This document shows, piece after piece, positions 44,773 through 53,808 of a stretch of DNA of 64,000 nucleotides; position 1 is the first letter of the stretch, and each line of letters begins with the position of its first letter. Source of the stretch: Actinomycetota bacterium (GTDB lineage: Bacteria; Actinomycetota; Thermoleophilia; Solirubrobacterales; 70-9); contig JAUPTY010000001.1 in assembly GCA_030917845.1 (NCBI GenBank), positions 5,289 to 69,288 on the forward strand. Direction: 5' to 3'. The notes beneath the pieces are model-generated. The model worked only from the letters and a program-made list of their open reading frames with translations. It was not told the DNA's origin and ran no database searches. A program made the translations under genes and the position numbers.

Positions 44773-46131
44773 TCAGCGTTTGCTGACAGTGATGCGTCGC
44801 TTAGCGCTCTTGCTGCCTGCGTTCCCTGAACTCACCTTGAAAGTGAGCTGACCCCGGCCTCCCCTTTCCGGTTTCAGTTTCAGCTTGAGGGTCTTCGCAG
44901 ATCTGGCTGGAATCGAGCCGACCGGGCTAATGGCGCTCGCCCCCATGCCTATGACCCGGAGTCTCACTCCGGTGGCTCGGTCCTTTCCTGAGTTTGTGAC
45001 CCTGACCCCGAAGGTGGCTTCGTTGCCCAGCTTGAGCTTGCTCGGCCCCTTGACGACAACTGCGCTGATCCAGGCCTTCGGATTCGGGGATCCGTCGGTA
45101 TCGACCCTGAAGGTGCGGGTGGCGGGACTCTGGTCTTGGTTTCCGACGACCGCGTGCTCGGCCCGGAAAGCGACCGAGTGGCGCCCTTCACTCAGCGAAG
45201 TGAAAGTCATCGGTGAGGAGCAGTCAGAAAACTCACCCGAGTCAAGCTTGCACTCGAAGCCCGCCGTATTGGCAGGTTCGCTGGAACTGAACGCGTAAGT
45301 CGCCTCGTCGGTGGTGATCTTCCCGGTCGGGCCCGAATCGATAATGGTGTCGGGGGCAGTGATCTCCGGATCCGGCGAGTCGAAATTGATGTCTATGCCC
45401 GTTATGGCTGAACCCATGCCGACCGATATCGGTGCGGCCGCCGCCAGTGACGCCTGGTCCCTGAAGAACTCGGTGCGGTCGTAAGTTTCAGTTACCGGCA
45501 TCCACCCGCAGTAGATGGAGGCTTTCAGCCGGTATGAGCTGCCGGGCTTCAGTTTCTCCACCTTGAACTTGATCGGATAGCCCGGCATGCTGGCGCTGGA
45601 GATTTCAGGAAAGTCGTCCGTCTCAACCAGGTCTCCCCCCACATCGAGAGCAGAGACTCCGCCAAAGCACAGGTATGGAGCAAATGTGGGCCCGTTGCCC
45701 GTGACAGTTCCTGAAATCGAGACGCCACGCTCAAGCTGTCCGTCGATGCCCGGCGTGTCTGCACCTGCCGTGACCGGTACCGGCGTCGCCTCGGCGCGGG
45801 ATCCCTTGTCCGGGTAATACTCGCGAGCGACGTTCTCGCTGGAATCACACCGGCTGAAGGCGACGAAATACTCGCCGGGTTCCAGACCGATGATGCTGAA
45901 ATTCCCGTTCGAATCGGATTGGGCGGAGCCCGAGTCGAAGCTGTCCGTGTCGTAGGCGTCCACGCAGGTGTTGGAATGTGGATTGTCGGCCGTGTTCAGG
46001 ACCTGGCCCGAGATCGAGCCGGTGTCGGCGGCACCGGCCTGGACCGGCACGAAAGCGAGCAGGGTCACAGCCAGGACTGCGATCAGCAAGCCTCCTGCCG
46101 AAGATCGGACGCCGCGTGACCCTGAACTCAT
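44773..46131 (-). CDS. Secreted multidomain protein (carboxypeptidase-regulatory-like plus Ig-like/CARDB-like domains)
   Basis: I prefer ATG 46131 (SD GGAGAG). Signal peptide LLIAVLAVTLLAFVPVQAGA. SGQVLN...SDSNGNFSIIGLEPGEYFVAF is CarboxypepD_reg-like. The PDTIIDSGPTG...FECKLDSGEFSDCSSP...GRHSVAFRA module follows, then a C-terminal CARDB-like beta domain. Confidence 0.7.
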   Translation of the reverse strand: MSSGSRGVRSSAGGLLIAVLAVTLLAFVPVQAGAADTGSISGQVLNTADNPHSNTCVDAYDTDSFDSGSAQSDSNGNFSIIGLEPGEYFVAFSRCDSSENVAREYYPDKGSRAEATPVPVTAGADTPGIDGQLERGVSISGTVTGNGPTFAPYLCFGGVSALDVGGDLVETDDFPEISSASMPGYPIKFKVEKLKPGSSYRLKASIYCGWMPVTETYDRTEFFRDQASLAAAAPISVGMGSAITGIDINFDSPDPEITAPDTIIDSGPTGKITTDEATYAFSSSEPANTAGFECKLDSGEFSDCSSPMTFTSLSEGRHSVAFRAEHAVVGNQDQSPATRTFRVDTDGSPNPKAWISAVVVKGPSKLKLGNEATFGVRVTNSGKDRATGVRLRVIGMGASAISPVGSIPARSAKTLKLKLKPERGGRGQLTFKVSSGNAGSKSAKRRITVSKR

Positions 46132-46209
46132 TTCCGTCTCTCCATCCCGTTCGACCTCCGAATACCGGCAGCTTACCGGCCGGTGTTCTGGCGCATTGGG
46201 CAAGAGCCC

Positions 46210-46659
46210 TCAGCGCGGTTCAAGGACCACGATCGGGATCTTACGATCGGTGCGGTCCTGGTACTGCTGGTACGACGGGTAAACCTTGACCGCTTTGGGC
46301 CAGAGTCGCTTGCGTTCGGCCTCGTCGGCGACGTGAGCTCTTACCGGTCGAACTTCCTTGCCGATCTGGACTGTCGTGTCCGGGTTCGCCTTGAGGTTGT
46401 AGAACCAGGCTGGACTCTTCTCGTAGCCGCCCTTTGAAGCGATGATCACGACGTTCTCGCCGTCTTCGATGTAGAACAACGGACTCGTGCGCTTCTTGCC
46501 GCTCTTGGCGCCGACATGATCAATCAGACACATCGGCGGGACCCCGGGGATGTGATGACCGACCCGGCCTCCGGTCAGCCGGTAGACGCGAGCGTGGCCA
46601 CCCATGAGCTTGCTGAGCACAGGCCAGGTCTTGTCGGCGATCCGTAGTTGAAGGTCCAT
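46210..46659 (-). CDS. F420H2-dependent nitroreductase-family protein (Ddn/DUF385-like)
   Basis: 149 aa with VYRLTGGRVG, KSGKKRTSPLFYIEDGENVVIIASKGGYEKSPAWFYNLKANP. Confidence 0.88.
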   Translation of the reverse strand: MDLQLRIADKTWPVLSKLMGGHARVYRLTGGRVGHHIPGVPPMCLIDHVGAKSGKKRTSPLFYIEDGENVVIIASKGGYEKSPAWFYNLKANPDTTVQIGKEVRPVRAHVADEAERKRLWPKAVKVYPSYQQYQDRTDRKIPIVVLEPR

Positions 46660-46728
46660 GCGTTCAACCTACCTGGTCGAAAGCGGCATCAAGCGCAGGA
46701 TCGAGGCCGGCTGTCTTCGGCCACCTGT

Positions 46729-47646
46729 TCAGGCTTCCAGAGTCGCGCCCCAGGTAGCGGTGGTTCTTCCGCCGGGCTCCAGCCGGATCAGTCCCTCGCC
46801 GTTATTGAAGGCATCCGGAGCGCAGGTCATCGGCTCGGTGCCAAGCCCCCGCCTGGCCAGGTCGGGCGCCAGGGTGTGGCCGGTGTAGAGCTCGACCAGC
46901 GGGTAGCTCTCATCGAGCCAGATCGAAGCGGTCTTGCCGTCGGGACCTTCGAGGCGGGTCCAGGCGCGGCCGGCTTCGTCTCGGACGAGGTCCGTGAAAG
47001 CGAAGTCGATCTCGGCTCCCTCGATTCTCTGCGGTTCGCCGAAATCGAAGGGCGTGCCGGACACTCTTTCGCGGCCAGCCGGAAGCTGGCGATCGCCGGT
47101 CAGGATCCTGACCGTCCCGGGATGCTGCAGCAGACAGTCGTCAATCAAACCCCCACCGGCGGAAAGGTACGGGTGCTGGCCGTGACCGACCGGACAGGTG
47201 CGGTCACCCCGGTTCATGATCTCGGTGGTCACCTCGAGGCCCTCGTCGCCGAGCCGGTAGGCCACTGACACATCGAGGCTGAACGGGTACCCCGGTCTCG
47301 GCGCTACTCGTGCTGACATCGTCACCGCGTCCGGTTCGTGAACGTCGGCCGACCAGGGAACCCAGCGCAGGAAGCCGTGAATCGCATTGTTCTGCTCGGG
47401 CTCGGTAAGGGGGAGCTGGAACTTCTCCCCCTCGAACCGGAAACTACCGTGATCGAGCCGGTTTGGCCAGGGAATCAGGGGGGTTCCGTGGGCTCCTCCG
47501 CAGATCTGGTCAACCGGGTACGGGTCGAGCACCGGTCTCCCGCCCACCTCGTAGGTCCGGACTCCGCCACCGATCTCCACGATCGTGGCTTTCTGATCAC
47601 CGCATGAGATCTCGAACTGCTCGCCTGAAGGACTAAAGGGAATCAC
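46729..47646 (-). CDS. Aldose 1-epimerase family protein
   Basis: 305 aa with PWPNRLDHGSFRFEGEKFQLPLTEPEQNNAIHGF and HPYL. Confidence 0.85.
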   Translation of the reverse strand: MIPFSPSGEQFEISCGDQKATIVEIGGGVRTYEVGGRPVLDPYPVDQICGGAHGTPLIPWPNRLDHGSFRFEGEKFQLPLTEPEQNNAIHGFLRWVPWSADVHEPDAVTMSARVAPRPGYPFSLDVSVAYRLGDEGLEVTTEIMNRGDRTCPVGHGQHPYLSAGGGLIDDCLLQHPGTVRILTGDRQLPAGRERVSGTPFDFGEPQRIEGAEIDFAFTDLVRDEAGRAWTRLEGPDGKTASIWLDESYPLVELYTGHTLAPDLARRGLGTEPMTCAPDAFNNGEGLIRLEPGGRTTATWGATLEA

Positions 47647-47652
47647 GGGTGT

Positions 47653-48666
47653 CTATTCCCCGGACGGACCGCCCGATTTGTCCTTCGGGGGGTGGTTGCG
47701 CAGTGACCCGGCATGTGCCTTGACTGACGGGTCACGCTTGGACTTGACCAGGCTGGCAACAGTAGTGACCGTTAGGACGACAGCGATGACCCCGAGTGAA
47801 AGCGTGGTCGAGATCTCGGGGACACTGTCGTTCTGGATGTGGCCCCAGTGCAGTGCGAGCTTGACCCCGATGAAGGCGAGGATCAGGGCGAGCCCGGTTG
47901 AAAGGTAGACCAGTCGCTCAAGCAGTCCGGTGACCAGGAAGAAAAGGGCGCGAAGGCCGAGCAGGGCAAAAGCGTTTGCCGCGAAGACGATGAAGACTTC
48001 CTGCGTGACTCCAAAAATCGCCGGAATCGAGTCGAGAGCGAAGAGGATGTCGACGCTTCCGATCGCCAGGAGCACCAGAAAGAGTGGTGTGAAGAAGCGC
48101 TTGCCGTCGATCTTGGTGACGAGCTTCCCCTCGTGGTAGTCGTCGGTGATCGGCAGCCGCTTCCGGGCGAGGCTGACCACGACGTTGTCCTCGATCGACG
48201 GATCCTGCTCGCGATGGCGGAACAGCTGGATCGCCGTGAACAGGAGCAGCAACCCGAAGAGCAGGAACATGATCGAGAAGCTCTCGAGCAGCGCGGAGCC
48301 GAGCAGTATGAAGATCACTCTGAGGACCAGCGCCAGGAAGATGCCGATGATCAGCACCCGTTGCTGGTGCTGTTTGGGCACCGCGAAGGTGGTCATGATC
48401 ACCACGAAAACGAAGAGGTTGTCTACCGAGAGGCTCTTCTCGAGGATGTAACCGGCGAAGTACTCCCCTCCCCACTCCCAGCCGGCGATGAACCCGAAAG
48501 CGACGCCGAAACCAAGGGCCACCGCGATGTAGAAGACCGAGGCAAGTGCCGCTTCGCGGAAGTGGACTTCATGAGGACGAAGGATCGCCTGGCCCAGATC
48601 CACCGTGAAGAGGGCCAGGACCACTCCGACCGTTACCAGCCACGCCGTTGTCGAGACATCAAGCAC
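47653..48666 (-). CDS. TerC family integral membrane protein
   Basis: 337 aa with YILEKSLSVDNLFVFVVI and the second repeat GSVDILFALDSIPAIFGVT. Confidence 0.9.
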   Translation of the reverse strand: MLDVSTTAWLVTVGVVLALFTVDLGQAILRPHEVHFREAALASVFYIAVALGFGVAFGFIAGWEWGGEYFAGYILEKSLSVDNLFVFVVIMTTFAVPKQHQQRVLIIGIFLALVLRVIFILLGSALLESFSIMFLLFGLLLLFTAIQLFRHREQDPSIEDNVVVSLARKRLPITDDYHEGKLVTKIDGKRFFTPLFLVLLAIGSVDILFALDSIPAIFGVTQEVFIVFAANAFALLGLRALFFLVTGLLERLVYLSTGLALILAFIGVKLALHWGHIQNDSVPEISTTLSLGVIAVVLTVTTVASLVKSKRDPSVKAHAGSLRNHPPKDKSGGPSGE

Positions 48667-48800
48667 GACCGGAATAATCGCACTTTGCCTGCGCCGGCAA
48701 CCTCCGGGGCGAGTCCCCGGGGAAGCGTGATCTCTTAACCACAGCCGCCCCCGGGTTCACCGGAGGCGGCTGATCGACACTTCCCCGAAAGGGGTTCGAG

Positions 48801-49409
48801 CTACTGAACCGGGATGGCCAGGATGTCGCCCGAGACGCCGGCGATCTGGTTGCCCGCGGCGCAGCCGAGAGTGATCGCGGTGACGTTGGCGTTCTCGGTC
48901 ACAAACTGAACCGGGATCGTGGTCCGGCCGCCGCCGTCGTTGTCGTAGGTGCTGCTGTTTTCGCCGCCGCTGTTGTTGGCGGAGACGCCACAGCTGACGG
49001 AGTTGGTGGCGTTGGTGGTGATCGAGACGTTGGCGGTCACGATGTACCTGCCGGCCGGAACGTTGAGCGTGGTGATACCCAGTTCCGTGTCAGCCGGGAC
49101 ATTGACGCTGCCGGAATCGGTGTAGAGCGGAGAAACGACACCGTCCGCACCGGGGTCACCCTGATTGCCCTGGGGACCCTGGGCACCCTTCTGGCCCTTC
49201 AGTGCCTTGATCGTCTTCGGGGCGAGCTTGTTCTTGGTGATCGTTTTGTTCTTCAGCTTCTTGCCGGTCACCGTGTTGTTCTTGATGTTCTTGCCGTTGA
49301 TCAGGCCGGACGCCGCTGTCGCGGTGCCGCCGACGGCTACGAACAGCGCCAGGATGGCGATGACGGTGGCGGGACGAAGCTGCTTGATGGTGTCGACTGC
49401 GTTCTTCAT
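48801..49409 (-). CDS. Anchored surface protein with a Lys-rich repeat, a short collagen-like (GXY)6-7 tract and a C-terminal beta domain
   Basis: I prefer ATG 49409 (SD GGAGA). The TM/signal is ATVIAILALFVAVGGTATA. The Lys-rich repeat is NIKNNTVTGKKLKNKTITKNKLAPKTIKALKG. The collagen-like tract is GQKGAQGPQGNQGDPGADG. A ~120-aa Ser/Thr/Asn-rich domain follows. Confidence 0.7.
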   Translation of the reverse strand: MKNAVDTIKQLRPATVIAILALFVAVGGTATAASGLINGKNIKNNTVTGKKLKNKTITKNKLAPKTIKALKGQKGAQGPQGNQGDPGADGVVSPLYTDSGSVNVPADTELGITTLNVPAGRYIVTANVSITTNATNSVSCGVSANNSGGENSSTYDNDGGGRTTIPVQFVTENANVTAITLGCAAGNQIAGVSGDILAIPVQ

Positions 49410-49510
49410 TTGAATCTCCATTCGGGTTTGTTTATTGACGCTTCTATGGAGATAACGAAGAGGTCCGGAGAAACTTACGCGGATGTCAAAAGTTTTCTCG
49501 GAATTGTGGT

Positions 49511-50146
49511 TTACGGCTTACCAGCAGTCTTTGGATGCTTAGACAGGCGCTCCTCCAGACCCAATTTCACGGTTGACCACTCGGAATCGAGGACCGAGAA
49601 GACGACCGTGTCACGGATCGTGCCGTCTCGCCAGAGCATGTGGTTACGGAGGATGCCGTCCTGTCTGGCCCCTAGCCGGGCGATCGCCTCGCGCGACTGC
49701 CAGTTGTGAAAGTGAGTCCGGAACTCGACCGCGATGCAATCCAGTACCTCGAAGGCACGGGTCATGAGGAGGAGTTTTGCCGCCGGGTTTATTCCGGTTC
49801 CCTGGGCGGTGGTCGCCATCCATGTGGAGCCGATTTCGAGGCGCCTGTTTTCCTCGTCGATATTCATGTAGGTCGTCATGCCGACTACCCTGTCCGTGGT
49901 TGGATCGACGATCCCCCAGGGGGCCATCTCCCCCGCCCTCTGGAGCGCGAGCCTGCGCTGGATCTCGGCCTCGACTTCTTTCGGGGCTGGTACGTGGGTG
50001 TACCAGGTACGCCAGAGATCCCCCTCGGCCGCCACCCTCGCCAGATCGGACTCTTGCGTGGAGTCAAGCTGCTCGAGACGAACCAGCTGGTTCTCCAGCG
50101 TCGGGGCCTGAACGAATGACCGCTCCTCTCCGGTTTCGGAACTCAT
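49511..50146 (-). CDS. GNAT family N-acetyltransferase (RimJ/RimL-like)
   Basis: 211 aa. Layout and motif A region (QGTGINPAAKLLLMTRAFE) fit the acetyltransferase family. Confidence 0.75.
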   Translation of the reverse strand: MSSETGEERSFVQAPTLENQLVRLEQLDSTQESDLARVAAEGDLWRTWYTHVPAPKEVEAEIQRRLALQRAGEMAPWGIVDPTTDRVVGMTTYMNIDEENRRLEIGSTWMATTAQGTGINPAAKLLLMTRAFEVLDCIAVEFRTHFHNWQSREAIARLGARQDGILRNHMLWRDGTIRDTVVFSVLDSEWSTVKLGLEERLSKHPKTAGKP

Positions 50147-50205
50147 GCTTTCCGATTATCGGTGAACCGGCCGGGGCCTGCTGCGCAACGAATAGCATTA
50201 GCCGC

Positions 50206-50550
50206 ATGCCCACCCGTGAGGACAATGACCTCACAAGAACTCGACTTGCCGGAGAACGAACCCAGCTCGCCTGGGTCAGAACCGGACTCACCGCAATTGC
50301 AGTCGGCGTCGGTCTGGCCCGTGTCGTGCCCCTGCTTGACACTGCGGTGATCGAGTGGCCTTACGTTTTTCTCGGTGTCGCCTATTGCGTTTTCGGTGTC
50401 GGGCTTATCTTCTTTGGCGTTCAGAGGGGCAAGCTGTCGGCCGATCGAGATCCCGAAAAACCGGTAGTTCCGGGCAGCGGCATCTTCCTGGCCGGAGGGG
50501 GAATTCTTCTCGGCATCGCGACCATCGCCGTGGTCGCGCTGGCGCGCTAA
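50206..50550 (+). CDS. DUF202 (YidH-like) membrane protein
   Basis: ATG 50206. LAGERTQLAWVRTGLTAIAVGVGL plus two further TM segments. The longer track ORF is an antisense extension. Confidence 0.75.
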   Translation: MPTREDNDLTRTRLAGERTQLAWVRTGLTAIAVGVGLARVVPLLDTAVIEWPYVFLGVAYCVFGVGLIFFGVQRGKLSADRDPEKPVVPGSGIFLAGGGILLGIATIAVVALAR

Positions 50551-51461
50551 CTGCCCTCGGGCTTCAGTCCGAAATCACCGAATGGCTCGTCACGTTCGCG
50601 GACGGCCTGCATGAAACCGGCCTCGGCGGCCCGCTGCTGGAAGGCGTAGCCTTCAGGGGTGTGGCGGGTGATCCCGTCGAAGACGGTGCCGATGATCTGG
50701 GTCTGATGCAGACCTTGGGCGTATAGGGACTGGTTGACCAGAAGCTTCATCATCTGGAGCTGGTTCAGGGGCAGCATGGCAATTCTGGCCGCCAGATCAT
50801 CGACCGCCTGATCCAGCTCACCGGCTGGATGCGATTCGATCGCCAGGCCGGCTTCGGCGGCTTCCTTTCCGCTGAGACTGTCGCCAGTGAAGAGCAGGCG
50901 CTTGGCCCGCTGCGCCCCGAGTCGGTAGGCCCAGAGCGAGGTTGTCGGTGAGCCCCATGCCCGGGCGGGCGGGTAACCGATCTTGGCGTCATCCGAGATC
51001 AGGAGCAGGTCACTGCAGAGGGCCAGGTCGGTGCCGCCGGCAACGCAGAAACCGTGCACCTTGCAGATGACCGGCTTGGTGCAGTGGAAAAGCGACATGA
51101 AGGCCTTCACGTTCCGGCTCATGCCGGCGTAATCGACCATCGGATCCCAGGTCTTCGAGGGGTCGTGGTTTTCGGCCTGGACCCTGGCATCGACCGGAGA
51201 TCCTTCCGGTGCATCCTCTGAACCGAACTCTCCCTCCAGCATATTCTCGGCGCTGGCCACGAGGTCATAACCGCCACAGAAACCGGTACCGTTGCCGGCC
51301 AGGACCATGACCCTGACTTCAGGGTCGAGATCGAGATGCTCCACCGTCTCTGCGAGTTCACTGATCAATTGCGGCGTGAGGCCGTTGCCGCGTTCGGGCC
51401 GGTTCAGGGTGATGCGTCCGATCCCCTCCTCCGTCTCACAGATCATCGTCTCCAGATCCAT
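50547..51461 (-). CDS. Enoyl-CoA hydratase (crotonase) family protein
   Basis: 304 aa with ITLNRPERGNGLT and VLAGNGTGFCGGYDL. Confidence 0.88.
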   Translation of the reverse strand: MDLETMICETEEGIGRITLNRPERGNGLTPQLISELAETVEHLDLDPEVRVMVLAGNGTGFCGGYDLVASAENMLEGEFGSEDAPEGSPVDARVQAENHDPSKTWDPMVDYAGMSRNVKAFMSLFHCTKPVICKVHGFCVAGGTDLALCSDLLLISDDAKIGYPPARAWGSPTTSLWAYRLGAQRAKRLLFTGDSLSGKEAAEAGLAIESHPAGELDQAVDDLAARIAMLPLNQLQMMKLLVNQSLYAQGLHQTQIIGTVFDGITRHTPEGYAFQQRAAEAGFMQAVRERDEPFGDFGLKPEGS

Positions 51462-51473
51462 GGTTCTCCCCGT

Positions 51474-52943
51474 TCAGACAGTCCGGGCGGCAGCCAGCAG
51501 CAGGTCCAGTTCCGACTGCATTCCGTCGACAAGGGTCTGGACTTCCGGTGTCTGTTCACGGTCGGCAGTGATGCCGATGTCAATCGAGTCGCGGTAGCTC
51601 ATGATCGTCACGTTCAGGCCGATCCCGTCGGAGATGATCGAGAGCGGGAACATCGCCTCCAGCTTTGCCCCGGCGAAGTAAAGGTCGATTGGCGGACCGG
51701 GCACATTGGAAATGATCACGTTCCACGGGGGCCGGGTGAAGCGGCCGGCGAGCTGGGTGACCACCCTTGCGGCCCGGGCATGAAGCGCGGGTGGAACGAA
51801 GGCCGTCAGGTCCCTGAGGGTCTCGGCCGGGAGGGCGTCGTGGCCATCCTTGGCAACCCTCATCACCGAGTGGATGTACTCGAGCCGTTCGGCCGGATCC
51901 TCAATGTGGGTCGGCAGCGGAGCGATCATGGCGGAAACCTTGTTGCCGAAAGTGCCCCGCTCTTCCTCGGTCCGGACCGAGACCGGAATCATTCCCAGGA
52001 GAGGCTCATCGGGCAGCTCACGGTTGAAGATCAGGTCCTGCCTAACTGCGCCGGCGACCAGGCAGATCACCACGTCATTCACCTTCACACCGAAGGTGTT
52101 CTTCACGACCTTCACGTCCTCCAGCGAGACCGAGCCGAGTCCGAAAACCCGATGGGGCGAAAGCGAAGCTCCGTACGGTCCCTTCGGGGCCTTCATCGGC
52201 GGTCTCTCAATCACGTGATCCTCGTCGGCGCCCAGTCTGATCCGGACCCTCGACATGACCCTGCTGATCTGCCGGCTGCCAGGCAAGCCAAAGGCGGCGA
52301 CCGCCATGTCAACATGAGGGACCACCGTGGTCACACGGTCGAAGACATTGAGAGGTGCCCGCGGAATCCCCTTTATCCAGGCTGCCAGCAGGTCACGACC
52401 GTCGGGAGCAGAGTGATCCTCTTCTCCATCGGAAGGTTCCACTTCGCGAGGCTCTGGAGTGATGTCATAAAGCGCGGAAAGGATTTCGCTGCCGGACATC
52501 CCGTCGATAGCCGCATGGTGGGTCTTGGAAAGCAGGGCGACCTTGCCCCCTTCGAGACCGTGAATCAGATAAATCTCCCAGAGTGGCCGGGAGCGATCGA
52601 GGCGCCGTGAATAGATCCGGCCGACCTGTTCGACCAGCTGTTCCTTGCTGCCTGGATCGGGCAGGGCGATCTCGCGGCAGTGATAGCCGATGTCGAAATG
52701 CTCGTCTCTGGTCCAGTAGGGCCAGTCGATGCTGAACGGCACCGAAACAAGACGCTGAGTGAACGGATCGACCAGGTGAAGACGATCGAGGATCAGCTGC
52801 TTCAGGTCCTCGATGGTCAGCTTGCCGCCCGGTGCAGTAGAGGGGTCGAGAATCGCAAGGCCACCGACATGCCCGTAGTTGCGATCGGTTTCGATCGCCA
52901 GGAACTGGGCGTCGAGTGCGGTGAGCTGCCTGAGGTCCGCCAT
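51474..52943 (-). CDS. Wax ester synthase / diacylglycerol acyltransferase (WS/DGAT)
   Basis: 489 aa. N-terminus LTALDAQFLAIE and catalytic HHAAIDG (HHxxxDG). Confidence 0.92.
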   Translation of the reverse strand: MADLRQLTALDAQFLAIETDRNYGHVGGLAILDPSTAPGGKLTIEDLKQLILDRLHLVDPFTQRLVSVPFSIDWPYWTRDEHFDIGYHCREIALPDPGSKEQLVEQVGRIYSRRLDRSRPLWEIYLIHGLEGGKVALLSKTHHAAIDGMSGSEILSALYDITPEPREVEPSDGEEDHSAPDGRDLLAAWIKGIPRAPLNVFDRVTTVVPHVDMAVAAFGLPGSRQISRVMSRVRIRLGADEDHVIERPPMKAPKGPYGASLSPHRVFGLGSVSLEDVKVVKNTFGVKVNDVVICLVAGAVRQDLIFNRELPDEPLLGMIPVSVRTEEERGTFGNKVSAMIAPLPTHIEDPAERLEYIHSVMRVAKDGHDALPAETLRDLTAFVPPALHARAARVVTQLAGRFTRPPWNVIISNVPGPPIDLYFAGAKLEAMFPLSIISDGIGLNVTIMSYRDSIDIGITADREQTPEVQTLVDGMQSELDLLLAAARTV

Positions 52944-52944
52944 T

Positions 52945-53745
52945 TCAGGCGGCCTGGAGTTCCTCGGACATCTTCAGCCAGACCTCGGAGTCGAGGCCCA
53001 TACCGAGGTGACTGCTCTCGATTTCGATCTGCTCGGCGGCGCCGTGGAGGCAGGCCTGGTAGCGCACGATGTTGTCCCCTCTGGAGTAGAAGGAAATGAA
53101 ACGTACCTCTTTGGGGAACGGTCGGCCGTAGGCGATTCTCGTCTCCTTGCAGCAGTCGCCCTGGGCGCAGTCAGGGCTCAGGAAGCCGGGGATGCCGAGC
53201 TGACCGAGACCCCCGATGATGCCGATTCCGAACCAGACCCTGGGGTGAAATTCGAAGTGATCGTTGAGGGGCGATCCGAGGGTTACGAGAGTGTCGACCA
53301 GGTCAGGCCGGCGCACGGACATCACCTTGCCCATTGCCCCTCCCCTGCTTTGTCCGACGAGCAGTGCCTTTTTGCCGGTCTGTCCGACCACCGTTTCAAG
53401 CCTGGCTTCAATCGCCTCGATCGTTGACTGGGTGCAGTTCACATTCCAGTTAACGCCGCTCTTGGCCATTGTCCAGTCACCCCGTTTCAGCCAGCGCGCC
53501 ATCGGCGCGAGGCTAGGATCCCCGGCGAGAAAGCCGGGAATCAGCATCGCGGGCCGGCCATCACCCTGCGGTGGCTCGGGCCAGGTGGCCGGGTCACGGG
53601 TAGAAACCCACTCGTCGTAAAGCCTGTTGTGTGGCAGTTTCAGGCGATCAGCTACAGCCGTCGCACTATCGACGAGCCAGTTCGCTCCGTCTGTGATCGA
53701 TGGAACCTTCTCCATCGATGGAAACCCACCCAAAGGCAATCCCAT
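52945..53745 (-). CDS. Alpha/beta hydrolase (lipase/esterase-like), co-transcribed with WS/DGAT
   Basis: 266 aa with the nucleophile elbow LVGQSRGG. It ends 1 nt before the WS/DGAT start. Confidence 0.75.
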   Translation of the reverse strand: MGLPLGGFPSMEKVPSITDGANWLVDSATAVADRLKLPHNRLYDEWVSTRDPATWPEPPQGDGRPAMLIPGFLAGDPSLAPMARWLKRGDWTMAKSGVNWNVNCTQSTIEAIEARLETVVGQTGKKALLVGQSRGGAMGKVMSVRRPDLVDTLVTLGSPLNDHFEFHPRVWFGIGIIGGLGQLGIPGFLSPDCAQGDCCKETRIAYGRPFPKEVRFISFYSRGDNIVRYQACLHGAAEQIEIESSHLGMGLDSEVWLKMSEELQAA

Positions 53746-53808
53746 TGAGGGGATGTTACTCCGAAGAACAGCGGAGTTGATGCGCGTCGCCTTTTGGCGA
53801 TCAATGAT

